A stretch of DNA of 64,000 nt from positions 1,612,001 to 1,676,000 of the forward strand of contig NC_092672.1 of the NCBI RefSeq assembly GCF_964355755.1. The letters are read 5' to 3'. Positions 61,801-64,000 of this stretch are shown here, in pieces; position 1 is the first letter of the stretch, and each line of letters opens with the position of its first letter. Source of the stretch: Antedon mediterranea. Its lineage: Eukaryota; Animalia; Echinodermata. The notes below the pieces were generated by a model that was given only the letters and a program-made list of their open reading frames with translations, searched no databases and was not told where the DNA came from. A program made the position numbers and the translations under genes.

Positions 61801-61896
61801 CTAGATGGTAAGTAGTCGAGTGGTAAGTACTAGATGGTAAGTAGTCGAGTGGTAAGTACTAGATGGTAAGTAGTCGAGTGGTAAGTACTAGATGGT
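55833..61896 (+). repeat. Very homogeneous 29-bp minisatellite, about 208 copies, two G|GTAAGTA donor consensus motifs per unit
   Basis: Unit GTAAGTAGTCGAGTG+GTAAGTACTAGATG. Variants are confined mostly to the 3' third. Confidence 0.97.
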
Positions 61897-62274
61897 TACA
61901 ATCTGAAAAAGTATACAAAGTTTATACTGTTTATTCATCTTTCTTCAAAAAATGTAGATTGTTGACGACAAATCACAATTTGCTGTTGTTTTCGCTTTAA
62001 ACAACTAGGTATTGGTGTCGATTCATTCTGTTTCAGTGTATTTATCCGTTTTTCATCATCTTTATTGTTAAGCGCTTTGGAACAATCTGTTAAAAGCGAT
62101 ATATAAATTTGACATTACATTTATGTCATTGCTACTGTATCTTATTTTTAATGAAATGTTGAAAGGAATTTAATTGATCCTCAAAATGATGGCCACGGCT
62201 TCAGTTTAATTTATTTTGTTAATATTTATTTAATATTGTTAAATAACGTTATATATTTTTCAGCAGAGTTTGCT

Positions 62275-63528
62275 ATGATGGTGAAACACTTGTTGGTACT
62301 GCTTTTGGCCGTCCATCAATCAACTAGTATTCAAAAATTTCCCGATAGCTTTTACTCATCAGATTCCGACCAGAACCTGTTTTCGTGGTTAGAATATTCC
62401 GAAGATGAATCTTACAGCATCGGTACGGCAGAACCGTCTTCTGATGTTTCGTCTGATCCCCAGCAGCAGGTTCGCAATGTCCACTTGCAAGACGTTCCCG
62501 ATAGTCTGCCTGGACTAGATGCAAACCGGACCTATATGGATTTGTACCTATGCGGTCAGTTTATGGACCTGGATGACGACGGGTCAGACTTCTCTGTCAT
62601 CACGTTTGATTATGCTGGATATGAAATAAAGTTCGATCCTTGCGAACCAGTAGATGAGACATCAAGACCATTCAATTTTATTTACACGTCCGGTGATGCT
62701 TCGGCGTCTTCTGATTTAAAAGCAAGTCGAGCTTTACCAACAATGTGGCGTCGGTACTCTCAATCGAATGACGGACAGGTACCAACCAATATTCATTTCT
62801 TCTCACGTAAACTTCCAACCAAGGCAACAATTAAGAAATTAGTTAACTTTGTGAGTCATGGCAGTCGCGCTTCTATAACATTCTTTCTTGCTTATCTTGT
62901 TGAACAAGATGGAGACGTACACAACTTGTTTACACACATTCAACCACTTCTTGACAACGGTATCATAGTAATGAAAGTGTGCGGACGTTGTAGTTACTTT
63001 TCGAACATGCCCAAAAAGAGTAGTTACAGAATGATATCAAAGTATGGAATGGGAAGGCCAAAGATGTACGTCAGAGACGGCTGTCCACTTATCCAACCCT
63101 TCCAGGTTCCTGGAGAAATCTACAACGGCCTTAACTGCGACACTTTCCAGGGTTCGTTACAAAAATGCGCCAGCGACTTCATCACACACAAGTGCCGGTT
63201 GTCTGCTTTTGGTGTATCTTTATCTGACGTCACTGGAATGAGTGGAAAACTGAGTCAAGTTGTGTACAACGTCACCAAAACATGTCTGAGGTCAACTGGT
63301 TGTTGGAAAAAAGAATCGACGAAAAGTATGAAAATATTTGATGAGCTGATACCAGTTGTTTGTTCATTTACAAGGAAGCAAGCAGACTATGAAATTGAGC
63401 GGTGTGTCACAGATGCATCTCATTTGACCTTTGACCTAAACATCCCGGTTTCTTCAACACCAACGACGCATTTTGCATCAGTAAGCATCACTGTCCTATG
63501 TATCATGGCAATAATCTTCGCATCATAA
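62275..63528 (+). CDS. Uncharacterized secreted, probably GPI-anchored Cys-rich protein, 417 aa
   Basis: ORF 62236-63528. Acceptor TTTTTCAGCAG at 62256-62266 precedes ATG 62275. Signal-like MMVKHLLVLLLAVHQSTS, Cys-rich C-terminal third, Ser/Thr spacer and hydrophobic tail VSITVLCIMAIIFAS. ATTAAA at 63541 and AATAAA at 63812. Confidence 0.8.
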   Translation: MMVKHLLVLLLAVHQSTSIQKFPDSFYSSDSDQNLFSWLEYSEDESYSIGTAEPSSDVSSDPQQQVRNVHLQDVPDSLPGLDANRTYMDLYLCGQFMDLDDDGSDFSVITFDYAGYEIKFDPCEPVDETSRPFNFIYTSGDASASSDLKASRALPTMWRRYSQSNDGQVPTNIHFFSRKLPTKATIKKLVNFVSHGSRASITFFLAYLVEQDGDVHNLFTHIQPLLDNGIIVMKVCGRCSYFSNMPKKSSYRMISKYGMGRPKMYVRDGCPLIQPFQVPGEIYNGLNCDTFQGSLQKCASDFITHKCRLSAFGVSLSDVTGMSGKLSQVVYNVTKTCLRSTGCWKKESTKSMKIFDELIPVVCSFTRKQADYEIERCVTDASHLTFDLNIPVSSTPTTHFASVSITVLCIMAIIFAS

Positions 63529-64000
63529 ATGTGTTTTTGAATTAAAGGTTGCATCAATAACATGACTTTCGTTTTCTCAACTAGTGCCTATCAAGTAAGA
63601 AGTAAATCTGGACGCGTACGCTCATGTTTCTGTTAGTCACCAATTATTCAGTATTATAACCCATAGTCTTAAACATAATGGGCATAAAACAATTCTAGTC
63701 AGACTTGATCAAGGTCAGGACTGAACCAAGAGCTTTTGAATGGACAGGCATGCATGCCAGTAATCAAGCTTTGGTGCCACAAGCTAGCTACATGAACACA
63801 AAGTGTGTTGCAATAAAATAACAGTATTCGTTATACTTACAACTTGTTTTAATAAGTATTAAATTTAGCCAACTGCTGTTACAAAAAAAAACGTTATTAA
63901 ATAATATACAGCACTAAAGTTTTGTTTAATTTTTTCAAATTGTTTGATGTACGTACTTAGAATAGCTTCCATACAGCAAGCTAAAATGTTTCATGTAAAA

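Overview
AT-rich, intron-containing animal DNA, probably from a marine invertebrate (inference). The left part holds the 3' 13 coding exons of a HELLS/LSH SNF2-family helicase (+, 2601-10765) tail-to-tail with an NLR immune receptor gene (-, tandem death-effector-like exon + short linker exons + one large NACHT-LRR exon, 12128-20201). About 31 kb downstream this block is duplicated. The HELLS copy is a truncated, frameshifted pseudogene (with a third scrambled fragment in front of it). The second NLR is intact: its NACHT is nearly identical, but it has a barely alignable N-terminal death-fold exon, one fewer LRR unit and hypervariable LRR surface residues. Between and around these genes lie nested non-autonomous DNA transposons (Helitron, Kolobok-like, Academ-like, foldback types) and many minisatellites. 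Several minisatellites are amplified exon-intron junctions, giving tens to hundreds of tandem decoy splice donors or acceptors next to the real one. The window ends with a single-coding-exon secreted, probably GPI-anchored Cys-rich protein of unknown family (62275-63528). Coordinates and copy counts were read by eye and may be off by a few bases.
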